The notes beneath the pieces were generated by a model that did no database searches, was not told the DNA's origin, and worked only from the letters and a program-made list of their open reading frames with translations. Of a stretch of DNA of 64,000 nucleotides, positions 18,612 through 30,241 are shown piece after piece. A program made the translations under genes and the position numbers. The stretch is from positions 235,187-299,186 of the forward strand of contig CAWJKF010000008.1 of the NCBI GenBank assembly GCA_963843335.1, written 5' to 3'. The stretch is from an uncultured Chloroflexia bacterium (GTDB taxonomy: Bacteria; Chloroflexota; Limnocylindria; Limnocylindrales; CSP1-4). Each line of letters opens with the position of its first letter. Position 1 is the stretch's first letter.

Positions 18612-19753
18612 GCGGGGTCGGGAGCGCCGGCTATACGGCCCGCATCGCCGCCGCGCAGGCCGCCGCGCGGAGCCAGGGCGTCCGGGCGCTGCTCATCGGG
18701 GTCGGGCCGGAGCTGGAATGGCTGACCGGCTACGAAGCGAAGCCGCTCGAGCGCCTGACGTTGCTGGTGGTGCCCGCGGAGGGTGACCCGGCGATCATCA
18801 CGCCACGCCTGGAGGTCGGTGCCGCGGAGCAGGCACCGGGCATCGGCTCTGGCGGCGTCCGCATCCGTCCCTGGCTCGAGACCGACGACCCGGTGGACCT
18901 GGTCTGGGAGTCGGTGCCTGCTGGCCCCGGCGCACGGCTGGCGGTCTCGGACACCCTGCGGGCCGCCTTCCTGCTGCGACTCCAGGCCGCCTTCGCCGGA
19001 CGCGGCGTTCGAGGTCGCGGGCCCGGTCGTGGGGCCGCTCCGACGCGCCAAGGACGCTGCGGAGGTCGCGCTGCTCCGGCAGGCCGCCCATGCCGCCGAC
19101 CGGGTCGTGACGGCGCTCGCCGCCGGCAGGCTCGTGGGTCGGACCGAGGCGGACGTGGCCGCCGAGGTGCGCAGCCGGCTCGTCGACGAGGGCCACGACA
19201 GCGCCAGCTTCTGGATCGTGGCCAGCGGCCCCCGCAGCGCATCGCCCGCATCACGAGCCGGACGACCGGGTCATCGCGCGCGGTGAGCCGCTGCTGCTGG
19301 ACATCGGCGGCCGGCTGGGTGGCTATTCCTCGGACATCACGCGGACCCTCTGGCTCACCGGTGGCGACGGACCCGGCCCCGACGACGAGTTCCGGACCAT
19401 CCACCGCCTGGTCGGCGAGGCCAACGCAGGCGGGACGGGATGCGGTCCAGCCAGGGGTGCCCGCCCAGGACCTCGACCGGGCCGCGCGCGCCGTCATCGA
19501 GCGAGCCGGGTATGGCGCGGCATTCTTCCATCGCCTGGGCCACGGCATCGGCGTCGAGGGCCACGAGGACCCCTATCTCGTGGAGGGCAACACCTCGCCG
19601 CTCGTCCTTGGTGATGCGTTCAGCATCGAGCCGGGCATCTACCTCGAGGGTCGCTACGGCGTCCGCATCGAGGACATCGTGGTCTGCTCCAGCGCGGGCG
19701 CGGATGTGCTCAACGAGGCGACCCGCGAGCTGCTTGTCGTCAGCGGGCTCTGA
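18608..19753 (+). CDS. Xaa-Pro aminopeptidase family (M24) peptidase (several frameshifts)
   Basis: WLTGYEAKPLERL, RRAKDAAEV, LDIGG..GYSSDITRT, FFHRLGHGIGVEGHEDP, FSIEPGIY and GVRIED. Confidence 0.85.
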   Translation: MSGVGSAGYTARIAAAQAAARSQGVRALLIGVGPELEWLTGYEAKPLERLTLLVVPAEGDPAIITPRLEVGAAEQAPGIGSGGVRIRPWLETDDPVDLVWESVPAGPGARLAVSDTLRAAFLLRLQAAFAGRGVRGRGPGRGAAPTRQGRCGGRAAPAGRPCRRPGRDGARRRQARGSDRGGRGRRGAQPARRRGPRQRQLLDRGQRPPQRIARITSRTTGSSRAVSRCCWTSAAGWVAIPRTSRGPSGSPVATDPAPTTSSGPSTAWSARPTQAGRDAVQPGVPAQDLDRAARAVIERAGYGAAFFHRLGHGIGVEGHEDPYLVEGNTSPLVLGDAFSIEPGIYLEGRYGVRIEDIVVCSSAGADVLNEATRELLVVSGL

Positions 19754-20286
19754 GGCGGTCGAGGGTTCGTCGAGCCTGGGCCATATGGACCCGGTCGTGC
19801 CCTGCGGACAGGAGCGTCGTCAGCTCGTAGCTCTCCGGGCCGCGCTCGCGGTGGAGGCCGACCCGGATCCGGGCGCTGACCGGGATGCGCGACCAGAGGT
19901 CGAGGTTGGCCGCCCGCAGCCCGTCGAAGAGGGCGAGCAGGATCGCCGGGTCATCCTCGTCGTGCCGGAGCGCGTCGACCCACAGGTCCTGGTCGTAGCC
20001 CACGATGTCCGGCCGCTCCTCCGCCACGATCCAGCGGACGCGAGTGGAGATGACCAGCTCCGCGTCCACGATATGGCCGATGCATTCCAGCACCGACCAC
20101 TCGGCCGGGCTCGGGACGCATCCGCAACAGGTCGCCAGCCTCCGCGATGAGCTGTCGGAGCGCGGCCGGGCTACTCGCGAGCGCCACCGCCGGGTCATCA
20201 TCGCCAAGCGCGGCGAGCAGCGTCGCACGATACGCATCGGGCTCGTTGACCGGATCGGGCGCCTCCACCATCGGGTCCACCTCCAT
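19740..20286 (-). CDS. DinB-family protein (frameshift near 20110)
   Basis: EWSVLECIGHIVDAE, GYDQDLW, LRAANL and AGHDRVHM. Confidence 0.8.
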
Positions 20287-20524
20287 GCCGGGTCGTGACG
20301 ACCCGCTCGCGGGGGAGGGTATCGGACGCTCGGCGCAGCCGCTCACCGGCGCGGATGGGCACATCGAGCCAGTCCTCGGGTGGCGCCAGCGGGCACGCCC
20401 AGCGCGGGTCGAAGGCGCATGAGGGCTGGCTGGCGTCGTCGCACTCATGCGTCGCCACCAGCGGTGGAGTCGGATGGGGGTCTATCATCGGCGGCCCGGC
20501 GTCGTGCCCAGCGACGCATCGGAT

Positions 20525-20942
20525 GTACCAGGATGACGGCCCTGTGACCCAGGAAGCAACCATCGGGCCCGGCCCATCGACGACGGCGGAGGCCGACAGA
20601 CCGGCCCCGGTCCCGCAGCACGAGGACCTGCCGCCCGGCGACGGCCACGGCCAGACGCAGTCGGAGGGCGGCTGCACCCAGGCGCAGCTGCGCCGCTTCA
20701 TCAAGTCGCGCCCATACGTGCCGATGCACGAGCTGCGGCGCCGCTTCGAGCTCAACGGCCAGCCCGATGACGTCACGCCCATCCCGAGCCCCGACGGCGT
20801 CATCTATGTCGGCCTGCCGGGCCGGGAGTCGGTGTTCATCGCGGAGCTGCTGCGCCAGGGCGACATCGGTGTCGAGCTGTGCCGTGATCCGGCGGTGCCC
20901 ATCGTCGTGGGCGTGTTCGCGATCCGTCCGGTGACCCGCTGA
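20525..20942 (+). CDS. Conserved-looking hypothetical protein (possible winged-helix-like core)
   Basis: Acidic disordered N-terminus, then QAQLRRFIKSRPYVPMHELRRRFEL...IYVGLP...GDIGVEL; GC-typical codon usage. Confidence 0.55.
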
Positions 20943-20966
20943 GAGAGACGGGCGACAGCGCCTGAT

Positions 20967-20983
20967 ATACTCCATGGGAGTAT
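20967..20983. promoter_or_regulatory. CsoR-type operator palindrome ATACTCC-atg-GGAGTAT
   Basis: Perfect 7-bp-arm palindrome 7 bp upstream of the copA ATG; resembles the TAC-C/G-tract-GTA sites of CsoR/RcnR regulators. Confidence 0.7.
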
Positions 20984-20990
20984 CCGGCGC

Positions 20991-23335
20991 ATGCCGGACC
21001 GCAACACGAGCCCATCGTGTCCGCGCACCACTCTGCATGCCCGCCCGCCACCCATCGAGATCGTCCTCGACGTGGAGGGGATGACCTGCGCCTCCTGCGT
21101 CAACCGCATCGAGCGGTATCCTCAAGCGCACCGATGGCGTGCTGGACGCGACCGTCAACCTCGCCACGGAGCGTGCGACGGTGCACGTGGATGCGGCCGT
21201 CGGCCGCGACACGCTCGTGCGTGCGGTGGAGGCGGCAGGCTACGAGGTCCGTCCGGAGGTCGCGCCGGCGATGAGCCGTCGCTGGCTCGGTCCGGCCGGT
21301 GGCCGACCGGGACGCGGAGCGCGCGGCCGAGCAGCGCCAGCTGGGCATCCAGGCGGCGCGTCTCCATCGCGGTCGCGCTGGGCATCATGGCGCTCATGAC
21401 CCTGGGCACGGGCGCCGGCCTGTCGATGGAGTCGCTCAACAAGCTGGCGCTCATCCCGGCGACCTTCATCCAGATCTGGGCCGGTGGCCGGTTCGTGCGT
21501 GCCGCGGTGCGGGCCGGTCGACACGGCAGCGTGACCATGGACACGCTCGTGGCCATCGGCACGACCGCCGCCTGGGGCTACAGCGTCGTGGTGACGCTGT
21601 GGCCGGAGGTCATGATGGAGGCGGGCCTCGCACCAGCCGCCTACTTCGACTCCTCGACCATCATCATCGGGCTCATCCTCATGGGTCGCTGGCTGGAGGC
21701 GCGCGCCCGCTCGAGCACGGTGGGTGCGGTGCGGGCGCTGATGGCGCTCCAGGCGCCCGTCGCGCATCGCGTCGATGGCGACGCCGGTCACCGGTGCGAC
21801 CTCCGAGGTGGACGTCGCGGTGGCCGAGGTGCGACCCGCGGACCTGCTGCGGGTACGCGCCGGCGAGACCATCCCCGTCGATGGGGTCCTGATCGAGGGT
21901 GCCTCGAGCGTCGACGAATCGATGCTCACCGGCGAGTCGATGCCGGTCCGGCGCGGCGCCGGCGATCCGGTCATCGGCGCCACCTTCAATGGCAGCGGCA
22001 GCTTCGTGATGCGTGCCACCCGCGTGGGCGACGACACGGTGCTCGCCCAGATCGTGCGCATGGTCGAGACGGCCCAGGGATCGAAGGCGCCCATCGCCCG
22101 CCTCGCGGACACCATCAGCGCCCGCTTCGTGCCGCTCGTGCTCATCCTGGCTGCCATCACCTTCGGCGTCTGGTTCGCGTTCGGGCCCGAACCGGCGCTG
22201 ACATACGCGCTCGTGGCGGCGATCTCGGTGCTCATCATCGCCTGCCCCTGCGCCATGGGGCTCGCCACGCCGACGGCCATCATGGTCGGTACCGGGCGGG
22301 CCGCCGAGTCGGGCATCCTCATCCGGGGTGGCGCCGTGCTCGAGGCTGCGGGCAAGGTCGATACGGTCATGTTCGACAAGACCGGCACCCTGACCGAGGG
22401 TCGCCCGTCGGTCGTGCGCGTCAGCGCCGTCGAAGGCATCGCCGAGGACGAGCTGCTGGCCATCGCGGCGGCCGTGGAGCAGGGCTCGGACCATCCCCTG
22501 GCGGCCGCCATCGCGGCGGCGCGCCACCGCGCGGGCTGTGGATGTGCCAGTCGCCACCGGCTTCGAGTCCGTGGCCGGGTCGGGTGCCTCGGCGACGCTG
22601 GGGAGCGCCCGGGTCCTGGTCGGCAGCGCCCGCTTCCTGGTCGCGAGGGGGCGCGGATCCGTCGGCCCTGGAGAGTCACGGCGAGCTGCTCGGCGGCAGA
22701 TGCCCAGACAGCCGTGTACGTGGCCCGCGACGGCCGTGTCCTGGGCGTCCTGGGCATCGCCGACCCGGTCCGGCCGGGTGCCGCAGGCGCCGTCGCGGCG
22801 CTCCGGTCCCGGGGCATCGAGGTCTGGCTGATGAGTGGCGACAGGCCGCGCGTCGCCGCGGCCGTCGCCCGTGCGGTGGGCATCGAGCACGTGCTGGCGG
22901 AGGTGCTGCCCGCGGACAAGCAGGCGCGCGTCGCGGAGCTGCAGGACGGCCGGACGCTCGGTCGCGATGGTGGGCGACGGCATCAACGACGCGCCGGCCC
23001 TGGCCCAGGCGGATGTCGGCGTCGCCATCGGCACCGGCGCGGACGTCGCCATCGAGGCATCCGACGTGACGCTCGTGGGCGGTGACCCGCGGCTGGTGGT
23101 GAGCGCCATCGACGTCGTCACGCGCCACGCTGCGGGTCATCCGCGAGAACCTGTTCTGGGCGTTCGCCTACAACGTGCTGCTCATCCCGGTCGCGATGGG
23201 CGTCCTCTACCCCTTCACGGGCATGACCCTGGACCCGGTGCTGGCGGCTGGCGCGATGGCCCTCAGCTCCGTGACCGTGGTCGCGAACTCGCTCCGACTG
23301 CGTCGTCTCAGGACAGTCTCATGGACTTCGGGTAG
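20991..23335 (+). CDS. copA: Cu(I)-translocating P1B-type ATPase (multiple frameshifts)
   Basis: GMTCASC HMA motif, [62 protein letters not shown] and MALSS. Confidence 0.92.
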
Positions 23336-23372
23336 CGTCTAGGCAGTGCTCCAGCCTCGAGACGTCTCGCGC

Positions 23373-25250
23373 ATGGCGGCGCAGAGCCACCGTCCCGGAC
23401 CGATCACCGCACGCTTGACGCGCCTGATGCGCGTCGCGCTCGTTGCCACCACGGCGTTCGCCCTGGCTGGCGGTCGGTCGCTGGCCAGTCGCCGTCCTCG
23501 AGCATCCCGCCGCCGGTCGGGGTCGATCCGCGCCCTGCGCCGCCGGCATCCCCGACCAGGCGCCGCGCGTCCGCGCCCTGGCCGACGCGCGAGGTCTTCG
23601 GCTTCCTGCCCTACTGGGAGCTCGCGGATGCCGCCCAGAGCGTCGACCTGGACCGGCTCACGACGCTCGCCTGGTTCGGGGTCGAGGCGGGACCCGGCGG
23701 TCGCCTCGTCCGCAAGTCGAGCGACCGGTGTCGTCCCGCTCGGCTACCGCGGCTGGACACGATCCAGCCTGGAAGGCGCTCATGGCCGATGCCCAGGCGA
23801 AGGGCGTGCGCGTCGTGCTCACCGTGGAGCGGATGTCGTGGGACAGCAAGAGCCCGAGCCCGGACCATCAAGCTGCTGGGCAAGCCGGCCGCCCGCACCC
23901 GGCTCGTCAACGAGATCGCTGACCGAGGTCATGGCCACCGGCGCTGATGGTGTGAACCTGGACTTCGAGCCGATGCCCGCGGAGGTGCGCGACGACTTCA
24001 CGCTGCTTCGTCCGCGAGCTGCGGAGCGCCCTCGACGTGGCCCGGCCGGGCCTCCAGCTGACGTTCGATATCACGGCCAGCGTCGACACCTACGACATCG
24101 CGGCGCTGACCGCCGATGACGCCGCCGATGCGGTGTTCCTCATGGCCTACGACTTCCGGGGCAACAGCGCAGCCCTATGCGGCGTCACACAGCCCGCTCG
24201 ATGACCCGACCGGCTTCGACATCCGCACTACCGTCACGGAGCTGGTCACGGTCGCCGACCCGGCACACGTCATCCTGGGTCTGCCCTGGTACGGCCGCGC
24301 CTGGACGACGAAGGGTCCCGAGATGGGTTCGCCAACGCGCAGCGGAAGCGCTCTGAGCGCCCCGGCGCTGCCGTTCTACGAGGCGGCGGTTGCCATCGCG
24401 CGCGAGCGAACGGCCGCAACTATGACCCGGTGTCAGCGACGCGCCTGGACCGTCTATGTCACCAAGGCCTGCGACACCTGCCCGGAGGCGTGGCGGCAGC
24501 TCTGGTACGACGACGTCGATGGGTTCGGCACCAAGATCCGCTTCGCGCTCGAGCAGGGGCTGCGCGGCGTCGGCATGTGGGCCCTGGGCTACACCGGCAG
24601 CCTGCCGGGCATGTGGAACGTCATCGGCGCTCACCATCGGTGACCTGGTCGACGCGACCGCCCCGGACGGCCAGGCGAGCGTCGCGCCCGGCCCGCTCGG
24701 CCGCGACGACGGTTGCCGGTCGCTGACGGCCCGGTGACCGTGGAGCTGCAGGCGGCGGATGAGCAAGGGCGGCAGCGGCCTGGCGTTCGTGCGGCTGTCC
24801 AACGACCCGGCGGTCGGATGCCGAGGGTGCGCTCGTGAGCGGCACCACGTGGCCGTCGACCCGAGCGTCAGTGGTCGGTCGAGGCGGGCCAGGTGGTCGT
24901 GGGCCCCAAGCCGCACACAGACGCCGAAGCCCACGAAGAAGCCCGGCGAAGACGACCCGCGCCGAGCCCAAGCGCCGCCCGTGGTCATGGGCATCCGGAC
25001 CATCTCGGTCCAGTGGCGCGACGTCGCGGGCAACTGGTCGACACCCATCGCGGTCGATGTCTGGTACGCGCCGGAGGGGTCCGTCGAGGCGCCGCCGTCG
25101 CGTCCGCGCCATCGCCGCGCCGTCCGCCGCCCCGCATCCGACGGTTCCGGCGGCGCGGAGGCGCCCGCCTCCGAGACACCCGCGCCGACACCCGACCAGC
25201 TCGACCCGACCGGCACGCACCTCCGCCCGGCCGGACCCCGTCGCCGCCCT
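23373..25250 (+). CDS. Secreted glycoside hydrolase family 18 protein with C-terminal Ig-like region (multiple frameshifts, ends approximate)
   Basis: EVFGFLPYW, GADGVNLDFE (DxxNxDxE), LMAYDFRG, ILGLPWYGR, LWYDD and GVGMWALG. Confidence 0.75.
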
Positions 25251-25289
25251 GATCGAGCGACCGGCCGCGTGGCGCTACCCTCTGCTGCG

Positions 25290-27152
25290 CATGAGGGAGC
25301 TGCGGGGCACGTCGTCGTGTGCGGGCTGGAGGAGCTCGGCCTGCGCGTGCTCGAGGAGCTCGACCGGCTGGGGGAGCGGGTCGTCGTCCTGGTCGCAGGC
25401 GCCGGAGCCGCGCTACGCGGCCATCGGCGACCCGGCTGGGCGTGCCCATCGTGGAGGGCGACCCGGCTGACGCCGGGTGCGCTGCGGGCGTGTGGCATCC
25501 CGGGCGCCCGGGCGGTCGTGTTCACGGCGGACGGTGACATCGCCAACATCCACGGCGCGCTCGCGGCGGTCGCCCTCGATCCGGCGCATCCATGTCGTGA
25601 TCCGGGCGTTCGACGAGGACTTCGGACGCAGCGTCGAGACGCTCATCCCGGGTGCCGTGGCGCTCTCGGCGTCGTCGCTCGCGGCGCCCGGGTTCGTGTC
25701 GCGCTCGTCGACGACGGGACCGACCGGCGGCTGGACATGCTCGGCCGGGACCTGGCGCTCCGGGACGCGGACCCGGACGACCCGGATGTGCTCGCGGTGC
25801 TCGCCGACGAGGGCAAGCGGCCCGTGGAGCTGTTCCCGGGGCCGCCGGCCGCAGCGGAGTCCGCGGATGGCGGCACGGGTCCGGGTGCGACGGATGCGAG
25901 CCCCGACACGGCCACCGCCCGAGCCGCGCGACGACGGCTGTGCATCGTGGATGCCTCGGGTGACCCGGCGCGCGCGGTCGCGCCCCGGCGGTCAGGCCGG
26001 GTGCCACGCCATCATCGCGCCCGGTCCGTCGGCGATCCGCCGGGTCGACCGGCGCTTCTGGGTGCTGGCCACGGTCATCGTCGTGCTCATCCTGGCGGCG
26101 GCGGCGTTCTTCCAGCTGCGTCGCGATGACATCGGCATCGTCGACGCCATCTACGAGGCGTTCGCGAGCATCCTCGGCAACGCCGACCCATCGAGCCTCA
26201 CCACGCAGGACCTGAAGTTCTTCGCCATCGGCCTCGCCATCGTGGGCGCCATCGTCCTGGCCGCCTTCTACGGGCTGGTCGTGGATGTGCTCATGAAGAC
26301 CCGGGTCTCGAGCATCCTGGGGCCGCATGTCGGGGACGCGCACGACCACGTCATCGTGGTCGGCTTCGGCTCCCTGGGCTACCGCGTCGCGACGGCCCTC
26401 CGGGAGCGGGGCATCCGGGTCGTGGCAGCCGACTCGGCGCCCGGACGTCCGGTTCGCCGCCGGGCGCACGCGAGCGGGGCATCGCGCTCGTGGCCACCGA
26501 TGCCCACAGCACGGACATGCTCCGGACGCTGCGCATCGGGCAGGCCCGGGCACTGCTGGCCGCGACCGACGACGACGCCGCGAACCTGGCCACCGCGCTC
26601 CGGGCACGCGCCATGCGGCCCGGACCTGCGCATCACGGTCCGGCTGTTCGACCCCGACCTCGCGGCGCGCCTGGAGACGGCGTTCGGTGGCTTCGAGTCG
26701 CGCAGCATCCATGCGCTCGCGGCCCCCGCCTTCGCGGCGGCGGCGGTCGGCCGCCAGGTGCTCGCGACCATCCCGGTGGGCACGTCGCGGGTGCTCGTCG
26801 CGGCGCGCGTGCCCATCGAGGAGGAGCCCCGGCCGATGGCTCGACGGTGGCCGTGGAGGAGAGCGCGGCATCCTCGGTGGAGCTCGGCGGCTGTCGGGTC
26901 CTGGCCATCGTCGACGGTGATGTGGTGCGCTGGAAGCCCCTCGCCGGGGAGCGGCTGACCGGGGGGCAGGAGCTGCTCATCGTGGCCACCCGACGGGGGC
27001 TGGCCATGAGCGTCAGGCGCGGTCGCGTGGCGCGCCCCGACCCCGACCCGGCGCGGGCGTCACGCCGGCAGCGACTGCGGCAGTCGACGGGTTCCCTGCT
27101 GTCGGGTCTGCGACAGCGGGTCGGGGGCCTCATCCAGCGCTTCCGCCGCTGA
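25290..27152 (+). CDS. Potassium channel-like protein with two TrkA-N/RCK domains (multiple frameshifts, start approximate)
   Basis: HVVVCGLEELGLRV, VIRAFDEDF, TM pair with IVDAIYEAF, HVIVVGFGSLGYRV, LAATDDDAANL and VRLFDPDLA. Confidence 0.75.
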
Positions 27153-27197
27153 CTCGTCTCCCGTCTGCGTCCGGTCGTACGGCGGGCGGGTGGGGGC

Positions 27198-27968
27198 TCA
27201 GGCGTCCTTGCGCACGACCAGGAAATGGGACAGGCCGAAGGCCTGCAGCCGGGTGTGCTCGGCGGTGTACAGCGCCCTGCGCAGCAGCGGTCCCAGGGTC
27301 GCGTGGCGGGCCGTGATGTTGTCGAAGCCCGGGTAGATGACCCCGTGGTGGACGAGGCGCACCGGCTGGCCCGCGGAAGAGGGACCGGATGCCGTGGCCG
27401 GTATACGCCCGGACGTGGGGCACGAACCGGTCCCGGAGCGGGTCCGGCAGCCAGTTGACGAGCGGGATGTTGCCGAAGCGATAGCGACCGCCGAGGTAGG
27501 CGCCGTGGGTCTCGAAGGGGTACAGCCGGTTGGGCGCGAAGGTGACGATCGACCCGCCCGGCCTGGTCACCCGGACCGCCTCCGCGATGGTCTGCCGGTC
27601 GTCGTCGACGTGCTCGATGACCTCGTTGGAGAACACCAGGTCGAAGGTGTCGGCCTCGAAGGGGAGGGCCTCGCCGTAGGCCAGCTGGATGTTGGGCAGC
27701 TCCAGGCTGGCCTCCGCGACGCGGTCGGCCTCCACCTCGACGCCGTAGACCTCGTCGCTGTACTGCCGGAAGCGGCGGACATAGGTGCCGATGCCACAGC
27801 CGATATCGAGGATCGCGGGCAGCGTCGAGGTCCACGTACTGCGCGGACCATCTCCAGCCGCCGGTCCTGCCCGAAACGCCAGGAGTAGCTGGGCCGGCCG
27901 CGGCTGATGGCGACGGGGGATGCCGTGTCCTCGGCGGGCTGGTCGGGGGTCGTCGCGATCTGCTCCAT
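27198..27968 (-). CDS. Class I SAM-dependent methyltransferase (frameshifts)
   Basis: ILDIGCGIG, VYGVEVE, GEALPFEADTFDLVFSNEVIEHV and RVTRPGG. Confidence 0.85.
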
Positions 27969-28118
27969 CGCGGGGGATGGTACCCGCTGGGCTCGTGCCT
28001 CCCGAGGATCGGGCCCGGACGGGTGTGACATCGCCCCCCGCGCGTGAGAGACTGCGCAGCGTCATCGCCGCGTGTGCCTCACCCAGCTGGAGGCCCACCC
28101 TGGATCCGAGGAGGAACC

Positions 28119-30241
28119 GTGGACGACCCGACGACGGGTGGCGTGCCAACGCCTGACGCCGTCCCGACGCCCCCAGCCGAGCCAGCGCCCCCAGCCGAGT
28201 CGACTGCCGTGGCGGCCACCGACCCGGCCGCCACCGCGACGCCGTCCACCATCCGCTGCGACCAGTGTGGCAAGGACGTCCCGGACCTGACCTGGTGCGT
28301 CCGCTGCGGCGACCCCCTGGGTCCCGAGCAGCGGCAGGGCCGCGAGGGACGGGTGCGCGACGCATATGCGGCCGCTCCGGGCGAGCGCGCGACCGCGGTG
28401 CGCCTGGTGTCGACGCTGTATCCGTCCCTGCCCCGGGAGGAGATCCGGACCTTCCAGATGGCGCTCATCGGGGGCGCCATCCTCATCGTCGCGCTGGGGC
28501 TGCTGGGCTTCTTCCCGGTCGCCATCGTGGCCGCGGCCATCCTCGTGCCGCTCGTCACGGTCATCTACGTCTACGACGTGGACGTCTACGAGAACGAGCC
28601 CATCCGGGTCGATCGCGCTGACGTTCCTGTGGGGCGCGCTCGTCGGGGCGCTGTTCAGCTATGCGCTCGATGCGTTCCTGCCGGCCCAGGCGACGAGCGT
28701 CGTGGGCGGATCGGTCACCGGCGCGGGCACCTCCGACTTCCCCTGGGTCCGGGGCGTCATCGCGCCCATCCTGATGGTGCTGCTGATGGCCGCCGGGCCG
28801 CTGGCACTGCTGCCCTACAAGCGCTTCAACGATGTCCTCGACGGGGCCACCTTCGGCGTGGCGTCGGGCGTCGCGTTCATCGGCGCCCAGACCTTGGTCA
28901 CGGCCCTCAACCTGTTCGACAGCGGCCTGCGGCCGGTCGGCGACGTGCTGCCCTGGATCGTGCGGCTGCTGGTGCTGGGCGTCGGCCTGCCGGTCATCGC
29001 GGCGGGTGCCATCGGCGGCCTGTGCGGCGTCTTCTGGCTCCGCTACCGGGCCCCGGTCGAGGACCGGGGCGCGCTCGGCGCCCTGGGCCATCCGGTCGGT
29101 CGCGGCCGTGGTCGCGGCGGCGCTCATGCTCGTCGCGTCGCTCTCCGTGCTGCTGCTGGGCGACCTGCTGCACCTCGTCGTCATCGTGCTGCTGGCCGTC
29201 ATCGCCCTGCTCTGGCTGCGCCGGATCATCCACGTGGGACTGCTCGAGGAGGCGAACGAGATCGCCATCGGGGCGCCCATCGTCTGCCCCGAGTGCGGCA
29301 AGGAGACGCCCCTCCACACCTACTGCGGCAACTGCGGCACCTCGCTGAAGGCGCTGCCCAGGACCCGTGGCGTGGCTGCCGCAGCGGCCTTCGGGAGCGG
29401 CAAGGTCGCGCCGCACGAGGAGCTGACGACGCTGCCCGAGTCCACGGGTACCGGTCCGGCAGCCGGAGCGGCGGTGAGCGTCGCGACGGGTCGGGCCACG
29501 GACGTTGCGGCCACTGCCGCCGCGCCGGCCCGCCATGCGTGGCTGGGCTCGCGAGCGCTGCTGACGCTGTTCGCGGTCATCATGCTCGGCGCCGTCGCCA
29601 TCGCCGCCGCGTCCGCCTACGTCACGACGCAGGGTCGGGACAAGCCCGACTGCCCGGACAAGACGCTGCCCTGCTCTGGCGCCGCGGTCGGTGGCCGTTC
29701 ACTGGCCAGCGGACTCGCGGTCGCGCGACCAGGTCCAGTCCGAGCCCGCCGTTCGCGGACCGCACCAACTACCACGACGACGCGCTCGGCTTCGGCCTGG
29801 AGTACGACCCGACCATCTGGACGCGTGAGCCAGCAGGACGCCGGCTTCCTCATCCTGTCCGCGGGCAACGGCGCCGTGGCGCTCATCGTCGAGGGAGGGC
29901 CGGCAGACCAGTTCGACCCCCAGAAGCTCTTCGATGCCCGCCAGGGTCTGCTCAAGGACCGACTGCTCGCCTACACCACGGACGATGACGCGGCGCGGGT
30001 GCTGCTGGGTAACCCCATCCTGGGCTATCGCGAGGGCGTCGGCGGGTTGTTCGGTGGGACCCTGGACACATCCCAGGGCCCGTCGACCGACTTCAGCGTG
30101 GCGTCGGTGGCGGCCACGGACGGCACCATCACCATGGTCGCCACGGTGATCACGCCGGTGGAGGTCCGCGAGGCCGGCCTCTCGATCGCCGACTCGGTCG
30201 TCAACAGCTTCACCTGGCCCGCTGACGAGGTCGTCCAGTGA
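28119..30241 (+). CDS. PrsW-like multi-TM protein lacking catalytic residues, with two C4 zinc ribbons and a C-terminal extracytoplasmic domain (frameshifts near 28612, 29098 and 29700-29825)
   Basis: CDQC..CVRC; DVYENEP..LTFLWGA; RFNDVLDGATFGVASGVAF; CPEC..CGNC; a TM helix; then the PDCPDKTLPCS domain. Confidence 0.7.

Noticed and set aside
20991-23335. Programmed frameshifting or true pseudogene status of copA and other broken genes
   Set aside because: Indels are numerous, scattered and hit essential genes; sequencing error is the simpler explanation.
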